Shown: one piece after another, positions 25,140 to 37,509 of the stretch
How positions within the stretch are numbered: the stretch's first letter is position 1
Layout: each line of letters starts with the position of its first letter
Made by a program: the position numbers and the translations under genes
DNA from: Hormiphora californensis
Lineage: Eukaryota; Animalia; Ctenophora
NCBI GenBank assembly: GCA_020137815.1
Contig: CM035357.1
Location: 1,922,001 to 1,986,000 of the forward strand
Reading direction: 5' to 3'
Length of the DNA stretch: 64,000 bases
Notes under the pieces: generated by a model
Database searches by the model: none
The model's input: only the letters and a program-made list of their open reading frames with translations
Told to the model about the DNA's origin: nothing

Positions 25140-27078
25140 GATGTGGGTGGTCAGGATAAGATAAGACCCCTTTGGAGGCATTACTTTGCCGGCACACAGG
25201 TAATAATACCCCCCCCCCCCCCCCCCCATATAACAGCCCTATCATAACACGTCATATATGTCACATTTTGTTACGTCATTTTGGGTATCGCGGGTGTGGG
25301 GCGATCTGATTTTGATTTCTTGCTCTCTCAGGAAACCTGTTCTCTGAGCTGTCAAGTTCTAACCCCCCCTCCCGTTCTAACGTCCGATTTTAATTAAAAA
25401 AGATGCACCCACCGATTTTATTACGAACTGACGTTACAAAGTTGTGCAAGACGAACTAGAAGAGATTCTAAATCATTTCTCTGATGCCGATATATTATAT
25501 CTCAATCAAAAAGTGGGGAACCCATCTAAAGGCTATTAATTTTACGACATTCCTATTGATTGGAAAGGGTTGGATTTGTCACGAGATTTACTATCTAGAA
25601 CACTTTAGAAACAGAATTCAATAACTGCTAACCCCTTCCTCTACGACCCCCCCCCCTTACTGTTCGAGACAGTCTGAAACCCACCATTATAACTATAAAA
25701 CCCGTCCCTCTTCCTACAGGGTCTGATATTATAGACAACTATAAAACCCGTCCCTCTAACTCAGGGTCTGATATTATAGACAACTTTAAAACCCTTCTTT
25801 CTAGAGGGTCTGATATTACAGACCACTCTAAAAAATTTTCTCCATAGAGGGTCTGACAATTATTATAAACTCCTTTTTTTCTCCAGGGACTTATATTCGT
25901 TGTGGATTGTGCAGACAGAGACAGGGTAGAGGAGGCCCGACACGAACTGCACCGGATTATTAATGACAGAGAAATGCGGGAAGCTGTTGTTCTAATATTC
26001 GCTAACAAACAGGATCTACAAGATGGTAATTATATTTTTAGTAACCACACACACTTGACACACAATACACATCACACATGTGTTTTTAATTGTCTCCTGG
26101 TGTAGTGGAATGGTTACCAAATTGTTTGGAAATGTAACCAAGTGTGTTGTGTAACCGTTTGTGTAACCATAACAATGCCGTTTTCCGACGGCGACCACTA
26201 TAAAAGCATGTTACACCCTGAAACCGTTAGATCACTCAATTCCTCTCGACCAGTAAACGTCGTAACGCGCGATGTCATGAGCGTGGCGCGCGGTGTACAA
26301 AAGTACATCGTTTCAGCAGTGCTGTACTCCGACCGTGAGAGGATATAGGGTTTGAATTGCAATTTTGGTCGCCGGGAAAATCTCCTCACGAAGATCAAAT
26401 CAAGTGAAACTTCTTCCCAGTATTAATTTCACACTATCGTGTGAGAGAATGTAATAATAATATTCTCACATTCCTCTTTTTCAGCTATGCGACCGCAAGA
26501 GATCCAAGAAAAGCTCGGACTTTCTAAAATCGGAGACCGGAAATGGTAATATATACAGGGTGGTCCAATATGTCACAATCTGCATACTGGATCATTTCTC
26601 TCCATAATAATATGTCACAATCTGCATACTGGATCATTTCTCTCCACGCATAATATTATTGTTGTCACACAGAGAGGAGATGTATGTGTATTTAGCTATC
26701 AAAGACACAACGATGCATCTCTTATCGGTATTGACATGAAATGGACAATGATAGTGATAATTGACTGAGTTTTTATTATTCTCTCTGGGCTGAAGGAGAA
26801 TAATAAAAACTCTGTCCATCTAAATGAGGTAGATATAAACATACTGGTCCGATCATCCAACTGTCTGTCTGCTGATAAATTGCCTTGCTCGACCCTCTTT
26901 CCGTGCGCAAATGTAAATGATGGACAAAAGTAGAACATAATCATAATATTAATAACCACTGTCTGTCTCCTGATAACTAACATACTAATTTCCTAGGTTT
27001 GTACAGCCTTCCTGTTCGACCACCGGTGATGGACTTTACGAGGGACTTAACTGGCTGACAGCTAATGTGAAATCTTAG
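25140..27078 (+). CDS. ARF6: ADP-ribosylation factor 6; last four exons (25140-25199, 25887-26025, 26485-26545, 26997-27078); 5' exons not found
   Basis: [20 protein letters not shown] / [32 protein letters not shown]...FANKQDL / ...[10 protein letters not shown]; DCADRDR and [10 protein letters not shown] are ARF6-type. Confidence 0.93.
25692..25898 (+). repeat. About 45-bp degenerate tandem repeat abutting an ARF6 splice acceptor
   Basis: Four units of ACTATAAAACCC...AGGGTCTGATATTATAGACA plus the true acceptor. Confidence 0.8.
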
Positions 27079-27088
27079 AAAATGGACT

Positions 27089-27103
27089 GAGAGAGAGATA
27101 GAG

Positions 27104-27172
<69 letters not shown>

Positions 27173-27203
27173 GAGAGAGAACGAGATAGAGAGAGAGATA
27201 GAG
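27089..27203. repeat. (GA)n microsatellite
   Basis: direct inspection. Confidence 0.95.
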
Positions 27204-27459
27204 ATTGACTGAAACTGAGCTTTCTTACACATTTCATTGCAATTGGGCGCATTTTAAGAATATTCTGTTTTTTGATGAAAGATAATGGTTTATTACGAAT
27301 ATGTTGAGTGTGATCGGGAAATGAAATTAGGGCACTGTTCAGTATAGGACAGGGATTTGAATTTATAAATTCATGAAGAATCGTGATGAATATCAGCCGA
27401 AATTGTAAAATGTTCTATTTAGAGGTCGCTGTGTTTTGCAAAAGGACATATATGATAGG

Positions 27460-27654
27460 GGGTATGTATAATCCCGGATAACTTGGATATTGATATCCTG
27501 ACTAATATGGGTTTCCTGGATGTCTATCCTGGTTTTCTGAGTTCTGTCTGACGGCGCCAGACCCGTTTTGATTCTCAGTGCGCTCAGATCGGGTCGGCGC
27601 CGCCGGTCATTCAGAGCTTGATTATATCCGTGTTACCCGGGATTATACATACTC
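27460..27654. mobile_element. MITE with GTATGTATAATCCCGG TIRs, containing a piece of another dispersed repeat
   Basis: Inverted termini; the internal GGCGCC..ACCC...GATTC...CAGTGCGCTCAGAT motif recurs at about 28340 and 46200. Confidence 0.65.
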
Positions 27655-27939
27655 ATAATAATCTCCTTGCATCTGGGTGTTAACAACTACTGTTCAATAA
27701 AGAGTTGTACATGATCTAGGTTATAATATGAGAAAGTGATTATAGAGGATAAATATTTCGAGAGAAAGAGAGAGAGGGAAACTCTATTTTTTGGAGAATT
27801 ATCAGTTCCTCCTAACAAACCCACACTTACACTTGATTGTTTTGTATTCACCACTAATAAACCTTAAAAAGATGACTGTTTTACTTCTCGGAAAATGTTG
27901 GTAACGAAATTACCCCTACCTGAGGCGTTGCGGTAGTAA

Positions 27940-28223
27940 GGGGAAACTCTAACTGAATGGCATCCCATTAATGGGATCCCATCAACAGTAAAACTCTAAC
28001 TGATAATGAACCACAGTAATGGTTCTTTCTCTGTATTCTCTCTGTAGGCAGTACATCTATGTAATGCCTACTGCAGCGAGAAAGAACTATAGGGCATGCC
28101 CGGGCGTGGGCGCGCACACAGAGAGAATACAGAGAAAGAACCATCACTGTGGTCCATTATCAGTTAGAGTTTTACTGTTGATGGGATCCCATTAATGGGA
28201 TGCCATTCAGTTAGAGTTTCCCC
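27940..28223. mobile_element. PIF/Harbinger-type (Tourist-like) MITE nested in an older MITE (about 27897-28274)
   Basis: About 105-bp TIRs GGGGAAACTCTAACTG..., TAA TSD on both sides; outer TIR TTGGTAACGAAATTACCCCTACC also seen near 14355 and 33960. Confidence 0.88.
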
Positions 28224-29061
28224 TAAGGCACGTTCTAGCGTGCTGGCAAGGTAGGGGTAATTTCGTCACCAACGGGAAATGGAGGGTTTGGAATTGGTAT
28301 GGCCGTGCTGAATTCCACGGTGTATAATATTGCTGTCTGGCGGCGCCGACCCGATCTGAGTACACTGTCGCTCGTGCTGTTGAGAATCAAAACGGGGTCG
28401 ACACCACGAGATCGATCGGTATGATATTCCACCGTCCACTGAAGGGCAGACTGAACCGATGACATGTTGTACATAGGGTACGGTGTTCCCATGTGGGCTG
28501 TCAGCGCAATGCTCGCAGCAGGCAGCAATTCACGACCGCAGCTAACCACCCCTCGCTCTGGTCACAATTGAGCGAAGTAGTACCATTACCAACGTTGCTG
28601 CGGGGGGAGTCAGGTGACAGGATTTTCTGACTCCCTGTGGCAGCCTAGGGCCTAATCTCATGGGGGGGGGGGGGTGCTGCGGGTCCTTCGCAGGAAGGAC
28701 CTGGGGAGGGAGGTCTCTCTGGGGAAAGGCCAGGGATAGGTCCCGTAGCCGCGATCCTGGGGCCTGATGGATCAATAAAGTGCGGTCAACTGTAACAAAT
28801 GGTATTAACACAAATTGAGGGAATCCTGCCCTACGACCAACACGATAACACTTAGTAAATATATACCAACATTACTCAAGTGCCAATAAAGCTTTTGTGC
28901 AAGGGCTCCTGTTGCTCCAATAACAGGCACCGGCGGGCCAGAATCTGGCCGGGTGAACTTTCTTGAAAAACCGAGTAGGGGCCAGGAGCCCCTGGGGAAC
29001 CTCTGCCAAAATTTCTAATCTCGGCACAGGATAAGTATGTCTGAATTGCACTGTACCTAAC

Positions 29062-29134
29062 AGCTCCGTGGTCTAATGGCCACAATCTGGGCTAAGAAGC
29101 ATAAGATGCCAGGTTCAAATCCCGGTCAGGCGAC
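29062..29134 (+). other. tRNA-derived SINE head or tRNA pseudogene
   Basis: Pol III A box TGGTCTAATGG and B box GGTTCAAATCC at tRNA spacing; acceptor and anticodon stems do not pair. Confidence 0.55.
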
Positions 29135-29219
29135 TTTATAGATATCTTTTTTCACTATTGCTTGATATTGAAACATTTAAATTTCCGATAGTATCGGCGA
29201 TACACGATACAACAAAACA

Positions 29220-30908
29220 AATATGACAAAGACCAGAAACTGGATTCTGGCAAACTAACAGCACCCGAAAACACCATAGATCAAGCAGAGCTACTGGCAA
29301 TACAATTGGTAATAAAGAAACTGCTAGAAATGGGAATAAAGGAGCCACACCTAGTGATCCACACCGACTCTAGCACTACACTATCCCTCACTCGAAGGCG
29401 ATGACATTACTCTTAACAAGCCTAAAAATTCCTAATGCCATCGACCAGACAAAACACACCGATATAACCTTCGAACAAAACTCCCAACTGAGCAAGAACA
29501 AAGTAATAAACGCGTACACAGATGGGTCAAGAATTAAGATAGACTCAACACACATGACAGGGGCAGGAGCCATAATCTACATGGATAACCAGGAAATCAT
29601 CCTTCAAGAGCCCCTTGCACCCGAAAACACCATAAACCAAGCTACTGGCAATACCAAGCTACTGGCAATACATATGGTAATAAAGAAACTACTAGAAATG
29701 GAAACAAAGGAGTCACACCTAGTGATCCACACCGACTCTAGCACTACACTGAGAAGACTGACAAGAAACTTCTCAAACTCAAAACAACTAACCGAAACTA
29801 TACGAAGTATACACGAACTGCAAAGAGATAATGGCGTAGAAATAGTAATTAGTAAAGGTGAAGGCCCATGCAAACGTAGAAGGTAATGAGAGGGCAGATC
29901 AAATAGCAAAACAAGCGACTGCAAACAGCAAAAACACCCAGAATGCACTGGGACAAACAACCCCCATAGGAATTTCGCGCGGAGGAACCTGCATTCTCCA
30001 GCCTTTTCATCACGCGAATGAAGGTGGTTATCCAAGAAAAAACTAGCTAAAGTCCTGGAGAAAACAGGCATTCGTGCAATCATTGTTTACTGCCGCGTTC
30101 CCCCTGTCAACACTGTCTGGCTGGAGAGGGGCGAGAATGGGAGAGAAAGAGGGGGTAGCTGTCAAGTGAATACCTACAACAATGGGAGAAAATTATGACA
30201 CCAAGTGTCACTAACTATAGCTATGTATCTGTGCATTAATCTAAATAAAACACAGATAGTATTATATTTTCTACAATATTATGTTACCTCCCGTTTTTTG
30301 GGAGTCTGTAAGTTAAATATTTTCTGAGATACACCAGACAAAGTTGAAAGGGGGAACGCGGCAATAGACAATGACTGCACTAATGCCTGTTTTCTCCAGG
30401 ACTTTAGCTAGTTTTTTCTTGGATAACCACCTTCATTCGCGTGACGAAAAGGCTGGAGAATGCAGGTTCCTCCGCGCGAAATTCCTATGGGGGAAAGAGT
30501 CAAATAACGACAAAGCTGAAACAACAACACAAGACAGGGATAATCGCCGAACTAAAGACAAAAAATTACTCTGAGTTTACCACAACGATTATCGGGAAGA
30601 TTATTAAAGAAAACACAAAACTAACAATCAAAAACAAGGAAACAATGAGAAGTCTGACACTGGCCATATCGGGCCAGAACAACCTGGGAAGCGCCCTCTC
30701 CCACAGAGACCCTTCCATAAATCCCAACTGTGAGTTATGCGGGGAAAGAGAAAACTCCAAACACAAACTACTAAACTGTCCTGACCTTGACCACCTCAGA
30801 TACACCCAAGAGTATCAAAACATCAAAGAAAACATTTACAATGAAGACGAGCCACTGGAACTAAGGAAACTCACCAATGTAGTCACCAAATCCGGTCTAT
30901 TCAAATAA
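29220..30908 (+). mobile_element. 5'-truncated RNase H-bearing non-LTR retrotransposon remnant (R1/I-group like), frameshifted and interrupted
   Basis: YTDGS, IHTDS and KAHANVEGNERADQIAK RNase H motifs; C-terminal CELCGEREN..H.LLNCP zinc finger; partial duplicate of the RNase H segment at about 29260-29382. Confidence 0.88.
29961..30493. mobile_element. Non-autonomous element with long TIRs and CCC termini (EnSpm/CACTA-like), inserted in the LINE remnant
   Basis: CCCCCATAGGAATTTCGCGCGG... mirrored for about 110-150 bp; AA on both flanks (possible 2-bp TSD). Confidence 0.8.
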
Positions 30909-31190
30909 AACATAACGCTACCACCAAAATGATTCTATACCAACGGTAGTTTAAAAGTGCACACTGGCAAAGTCCTGATCTCATCAGGTAGAGTCTGTTG
31001 AAACCATCACGGCAGAAGCAAATCCGCAACTAGCAAAAGCGCAATACAAACCAAGTCACTAGCCTTTGGACTGGCCCCCCACAGCTAGATCGGCAAAACA
31101 AAAAAAGAACAGCGCCACCTGGGTCGACTCGATCATAGCTGCTATGACGACTCGATGGACCGAACCCTACCACTGTACCGGGTACAGTGG

Positions 31191-32011
31191 TAGGGTGTGC
31201 TATTTTTCCCAACTCATAAATCAAATCCAATTTTCACAAAGTTTACCCCTAGAATGAGTTCCTACGATCATTCTAAAACATTTGGTAAAAAAATTTTAGT
31301 CCTACCCTGGCCCAATTACGTGGGCCGATGTATGCCCATATATGGGCATATTCATATCAAAAAATGTTTTTTGGGGCGTTATTTCGAAAAAACCACACAT
31401 ATGAATCGCCTCATGAGAACCAGTACAACTATTATTTCCAGTCTGCACCTTCAGAACTCCATTTTATAATGAAAATTTTATTTTTTTTCATCTTTTTTTC
31501 TTGCACATTTTCCTACTTTGCAGTATTAGTTGAGACGAATTTTAACTTTTTGAGATTTTATTTGTCGGAAACCAAATTCCGGTTGTAACCGACTACTTTT
31601 GACCTGCTGAACACGATCCCGTTCATGAAAAAGCTCTCAAAATTGAAGAAAATGGCCAAAATGAACATTTTTAGTCAAAAATGAACATTTTTGGTCCAAA
31701 ATGAACATTTTCAGGTCAAAAATGACCTTTGGCTAACTTTCATGATACACATCCATTCTGATCGGTATCAAACCGCTGAACACGACCCTGACCATAAAAG
31801 TTGATATCAAGAACATGCCAAACACTGGTGTAAAACACACATATTTTCCTTTTTTCGGTAAAAAAGTAAACTTTTTTAATCGTCTGGCCCACGTAATTGA
31901 CATACACTATCCCAATTCCGTTTTCAGGATGTAGTAGACAATTGTCCATAGTTTCATATCTACCCTTAACCTTTTGGCCAAGTCGACAAAATTTTCACTT
32001 AGCACACCCTA
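31191..32011. mobile_element. About 820-bp non-autonomous DNA transposon, copy 1
   Basis: TAGGGTGTGCTA...TAGCACACCCTA TIRs; internal AAAATGAACATTTT tandem; highly similar copy at 32530-33348. Confidence 0.85.
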
Positions 32012-32529
32012 CTGTACCCCGATCAGCTGTCAGAGCATTGGCCTGACCCTATTCGAGCGGAACTGTGGTCAGAGCATTGGCCTGACAGCCGATCAGAGGT
32101 ACACGCCTGGAAACAGGCAGGTGGTAGTGCACAAATGGTGCCTCATCATGGTGAAGATGAACGCGCACTATCGTTCGGCGATTTAACCTATTCTGGGGAA
32201 ACCCAGTACCGTAAGACTGGTACAGTAGTACTAGTGCGCCTGCTGTTGGTGGTGACCTTCATGCTCTTTATCGGAACAGTTCTCGTCTGTCGACTCGTGT
32301 CTTCCAATGGAAGGGTACTACTAGGGGGTACCGGGGAAACCCGGCGCTACCTTGGTGGGACCTGACCGGGAGATCGAGCACGGCGCTCTGGGCAGCCATG
32401 TGTGTTGGTGACCTGAGGAGAGAATTGTGAAATCAAGGGAACGCTGCTCCCCAACGACAGCAAGTGGGTGGAAGTACGGGAGGTACACGACACACACACA
32501 CACACACCAACGTTGCACGGTGTACACAC

Positions 32530-33348
32530 GGTGTGCTATTTTTCCCAACTCATAAATCAAATCCAATTTTCACAAAGGTTACCCCTAGAATGAGTTCCTA
32601 CGATCATTCTAAAACATTTGGTAAAAAAATTTTAGTCCTACCCTGGCCCAATTACGTGGGCCGATGTATGCCCATATATGGGCATATTCATATCAAAAAA
32701 TGTTTTTTTGGGGCGTTATTTCGAAAAAACCACACATATGAATCGCCTCATGAGAACCAGTATAACCATTATTTCCAGTCTGCACCTACAGAACTCCATT
32801 TTATAATGAAAAATTTATTTTTTTAATCTTTTTTTCTTGCACATTTTCCTACTTTGCAGTATTAGTGGAGACGAATTTTTACTTTTTGAGACTTTATTTG
32901 TCGTAAAGCAAATTCCGGTTGTAACCGACTAATTTTGACCTGCTGAACACGATCCCGTTCATGAAATAGCTCTCAAAATTGAAGAAAATGACCAAAATGA
33001 ACATTTTTAGTCAAAAATGAACATTTTCAGGTCAAAAATGAACATTTTCAGGTCAAAATGAACTTTGGCTAACTTTCATGATACACATCCATTCTGATCG
33101 GTATCAAACCGCTGAACACGACCCTGACCATAAAAAGTTGATACCAAAAACATGCCAAACACTGGTGTAAAACACACATATTTTCCTTTTTTCGGTAAAA
33201 TAGTAAAAATTTTTAATCGCCTGGCCCACGTAATTGACATACACTACCCCAATTCCGTTTTCAGGATGTAGTAGACAATTGTCCATAGTTTCATATCTAC
33301 CCTTAACCTATTGGCCAAGTCGACAAAATTTTCACTTAGCACACCCTA
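32530..33348. mobile_element. About 820-bp non-autonomous DNA transposon, copy 2 (direct orientation)
   Basis: Collinear with 31191-32011 over its whole length. Confidence 0.85.
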
Positions 33349-33664
33349 GTGTACAGTCAGTGTCTGACAGCACGCAGGTAACACCGTGCCCAAATAATTC
33401 AGTGATTAACAGAGATTTTGTGGAAAGGGGAACTCTAATTATACACGTGAATCATGGTTATACACTGACACAAGGATTATAGGATACACCAACATATTCT
33501 CTGCTCTCTCTCAACGCTCCTTCCCCTCAGATCCTATTTTCCCTTTTTTCACGTGTCACAAGGTCCACAGGACGTATACCAGCACCCCCTCATCAGCTCT
33601 TTTACGAAATGTTTTGCTAAAGTCTTTACAGTATTTGTATAATCTCTAAAACACCACGCTCAAA

Positions 33665-36600
33665 TTAGTTCTTCTTTCCCTTCCTCTTTTTCCCCTTCCT
33701 GCCCCCCTCATTATATCCCTTCTTCTTTTCCTCACACAGCCCACAACTATCCGCACAGAACCTCTTCATCATCCGTGGCTTCTTCTTGCATGCTCCCTGA
33801 GCCGCCATAATGTCACAGTGATGCTTCTCCTTACTTCCTTCCTCCCGTTCCTTGCAGTGTACTCGCACTTCAGGACCTGGAATAACACATTGGTTACGAA
33901 ATAATACATTGGTTATTATATTACGAAATAACCCCTTTAAGGGGTCGCCTCGCGCTGGCAAGGGAGGGGTAACTTCGTTACCAAAATAATACAGATAACG
34001 AGTTCTGATTGGTTGTTTACTTGTTTCGGTCGGTTCCTGATCTAAAGAGTAAAGAAACACTGGACGTATTCAACTTACTTAGAGAATCGGGATCTGACTT
34101 TTTCTGATACTGGTTATTCACTTTGAAGCCTGTAAAAGTGATAAATTAAAGAAACCGCTGTCAGAGCATTTTCATGACCCTATTCTCACATCGGGGTGCG
34201 TGAGAACCGTGGTCAGAGCATTTAATCAATCAATTAATCAATTAATTAATTAATTAATCAATTAATTGGCAGCTGACACAGGAACTTACTGAGCCAGTAG
34301 CCACAGTTGAGGTTACTACAAACATTAGCACGTGCAACGTGCATGTATCCTCCCAGGCCCCAGTTAGTTCCCCAACTGTTCCGCATATTGAAATAGTCTT
34401 TGGTGTAACCCACAAGGGTCATGGCATGGTTCACGTTTGCTCCTCCGCAATTCTCGTTGTAAACCCCTGGAGAATGAGGTTGTTAGTTCGTCTGTGCAGT
34501 GTGTGTGTGTGTGTAGTGTGTGTGTGTATTATGTAGTGTGTACTATACACAGTCACGCAGTGTTGCTGGTATAACAGTGGACGGGGAAATGATGGTCAGA
34601 TTACAGATCAGTGGCCAATTACCAATCCAATTCAAAACAAGCAAAAAAGCCGATTTAGCATTGAAATTTCTGTACTAGAACAGTATACTGTTTCAGGGCG
34701 GTGGAGTCCTTCCCCTCACCCCATAAATATACCGCAAAAATATACCCCATAAATACACCTACATTTCAAGAATTACAAAGTAATACAAGATTTAATAATT
34801 GTTATAAATCTTGTAATCTTGTATTACTAATCAGCTCCAGAATCTTGATCCTGTCGAGCGCTTTACCAGAAATCCCTTTTAAATAAGCAAAGATACCTTT
34901 CAAGATTCGTTCATTCAAATTACCTTTACTATACTTGTAGAAGTTGTTGCTGACATACATTGCAATTGCAATGGGTCCATGGCTAGCAATCAACGCTTCC
35001 ATCCCAGCGACACCGGGATTAAATTTAGAACCCACGCCCAATTGTGAGAACATTCCCTTGTAAGCATTGGGATGAGAATGGTAGTTGCATGTGTTGTCTT
35101 TCCCATTGTACCCGTAGTCCTTTTTTTTCGTCATGTGCCGTGTCGTGGCGACCCATTCGTACGGAGCGTCATACCAGCCACCCTTGCAGCCGTCCTTCCT
35201 TCCTTCGTAAGAGCAATCGAGGATTTCCTAGGGACGAAGACATCAGTGACTTATTATTGACTAGGGGAATTATTATGGGGGAGTTGGGGGACTTATTATG
35301 GGGGAGTGCAGGATATATTTAGGCAAAATTGACAGTCAGAATGTGTGTGACCGAGAGTAATGTGAGTAGTGACCGGGTATCATGGTTATGTATGTGACCG
35401 GATATTACCGACCTGATCAGAGAGAGGAATGAGGTTTCCACTTCCCACTTTGTAGGCGTACTCAAGAGAAACCGTCTGAAAATTGAAAGCGTATTAGAAT
35501 GGTGTAAAATGGTGTATCAAATCGTGCGACAGTGCAGATCGGGTGGGCACCGCCAGACAGGAATTATGCGACTCAAATATATATTAAGTTGGTTAATTGT
35601 TTTATCATTTACAGGAACCGACCGAAACAAGTAAACAACCAATCAGAACTCGTTATTTAGGTCACGTGACTGGTTATCAGCCAATCAGGGACCAGTATTT
35701 CCTGATTCGGTCGGTTCCTGATCATTTATATACCGATGCAAAAGCCCAACATGATCCGCAAGTCCCCTGATTCTTGCCCGGGACTACATATCCCTTTTTC
35801 ACCCAACAAAGCTCATCGGGTGTATTTGATCGAATGAGGCGTGATGGTGGACCGCTCTCTTCAGCATTTCGTGCTATGGGGGGTGAAATGAGGGGTGAAA
35901 TGAGGGGTGAGGTGAGGTGAGGTGAGGTGAAATGAGGGGTGAAATGAGGGGTGAAATGAGGGGTGAGGTGAGGTGAGGGGTGAGGTGAGGTGAGGTGACT
36001 GGTGAGGTGAGGTGAGGTGAAATGAGGGGTGAGGTGAGGACATCTTACCTATATCAGTGAGATTGACACTGATTCCCAAATGTAACTTCATCTCTTCATC
36101 ACTCTGAGTGTGAAAAACAATAAATCAGATATTATATTATTATCCCTTCGTATCGTCCGATCTACTCAAACTTTCAATAGAAAAGTCAGTGTATGTCATA
36201 TATCACGTGACCAAAATAATTTGGCCCCACCACTTTCAAAACTTCCCCTACTATACATGCCTGGACACAACAACAAACAACCAAAGACAAACTAAGTTAT
36301 ATATACTCCATTTTTTTTCAACTGTTCACCCCCCAAAGTCGTGTGCGGAATTGTTTTGCGCGTTTATCACATGTTAACGTGTAGCGCACGCAGTGTTAAT
36401 TAAAATATCGCACGCGCACGAGTTGAGGGGTGAACAGTTGAATAAAAATGGACTTTACCATGGCAGTGAATTGGTTGACGGATTCAGCGTATGATGATAG
36501 CCCATGTGCATAGTTCCGGTTGTGCAATCTGCAGTGCCGGACGTTCTTGATAAATGTCAGTGCTCGTGTCGCTCTGTGGAAATTGGTTTGAGTTCGACGC

Positions 36601-37167
36601 ATTTCCTATCTATCCCTAATAAAACCTTGATGTGTGCTTCAACTCCCTTTTCAATAAGAAGAGTATGAACAGAATCCCTGTTACCCGGCCCAGTCTCCAC
36701 TCCCCAACCCCCGGTCCCAACCCCAGTCTCCACTCCCCAACCCCCGGTCCCAACCCCAGTCTCCACTCCCCTACCCCCGGTCCCAACCCCAGTCAACCCA
36801 CAAACTTACTCTTCTTCGACTGCCATTTCTTGCATCTGAGGACTCATAGAACCAAAGTTAGCAGTCACAGACACAGTTTTCTTCTTGTAGTAAGTTTTCA
36901 TATATTTGTCATACGCGTCCTGATAAAATGGAGAGAATTTAGAGTCACAAATAAAGCATGTATGACAACACACCCGCAGAACCAACACACCAGCTACCGG
37001 TACATCAACAACAAAAAACGTCAGAAACTCACGGCAAAGCTGTTAGAGTTGAGAATCTCATCGCTGACCCCCTCTGCCACGACTATGTCGTCTTCTTGGT
37101 CGGGTTCGAAGATGTAGCACTGGCAGGTAGCTGCAAGCAGTGCTACAACAACAGCTTGTACCCACAT
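33665..37167 (-). CDS. Papain-family (C1A, cathepsin L-like) cysteine protease with signal peptide, I29-like prodomain and C-terminal ShK domain; about 10 exons
   Basis: [13 protein letters not shown] (catalytic Cys), [24 protein letters not shown] (His), RNSWGTNWG (Asn); prodomain VNQFTAMSDEE; last exon C...C......GAC......[12 protein letters not shown] is ShK. Confidence 0.92.
35612..35720. mobile_element. 109-bp hAT-type MITE, copy 2, in a cathepsin intron
   Basis: Same TIRs as 15791-15899, opposite orientation, perfect 8-bp TSD ATCATTTA. Confidence 0.93.
35878..36040. repeat. Intronic GAGGT / GAAATGAGGGGT tandem repeat
   Basis: direct inspection. Confidence 0.85.
36684..36793. repeat. 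Intronic 33-bp tandem repeat, about 3 copies
   Basis: CCCCAGTCTCCACTCCCCAACCCCCGGTCCCAA unit. Confidence 0.9.
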
Positions 37168-37509
37168 GGTGGCTAATGAAAGGGTGAAAATGTTATAAAA
37201 ACTAGGGCGGACTCTTAAAAAAAGAGATTTTGTTGAGTCATATCACGGAATCTTTTCTGTTTTCTGTCACACTTGCACTCTCAGAGAAGCTTGCGCGCGG
37301 ATCTTTTACCAGAAAATACGTTCCGCGCCCTACACACACAAAAGCGGGACAGAGTTTCAAAATTTACATTCGGGCAGCTCTGCAGCAGACCGCAGTGAAC
37401 TGAAATCTCACTATTGATAGTGAAGTCGTTTATTCCTTGCCCTTCTTGGGCTCAGGCTTCGTAGACACAGGCGTCCCAGTTGTAGGCTTCTGGCTTAGGC
37501 GTCGTAGGC

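Noticed and set aside
29062-29134. Functional tRNA gene
   Set aside because: A and B boxes are present but the cloverleaf stems do not pair
31191-33348. Direct repeats as LTRs of a TRIM or LTR element
   Set aside because: No TG...CA ends, PBS or PPT; each repeat has its own TIRs
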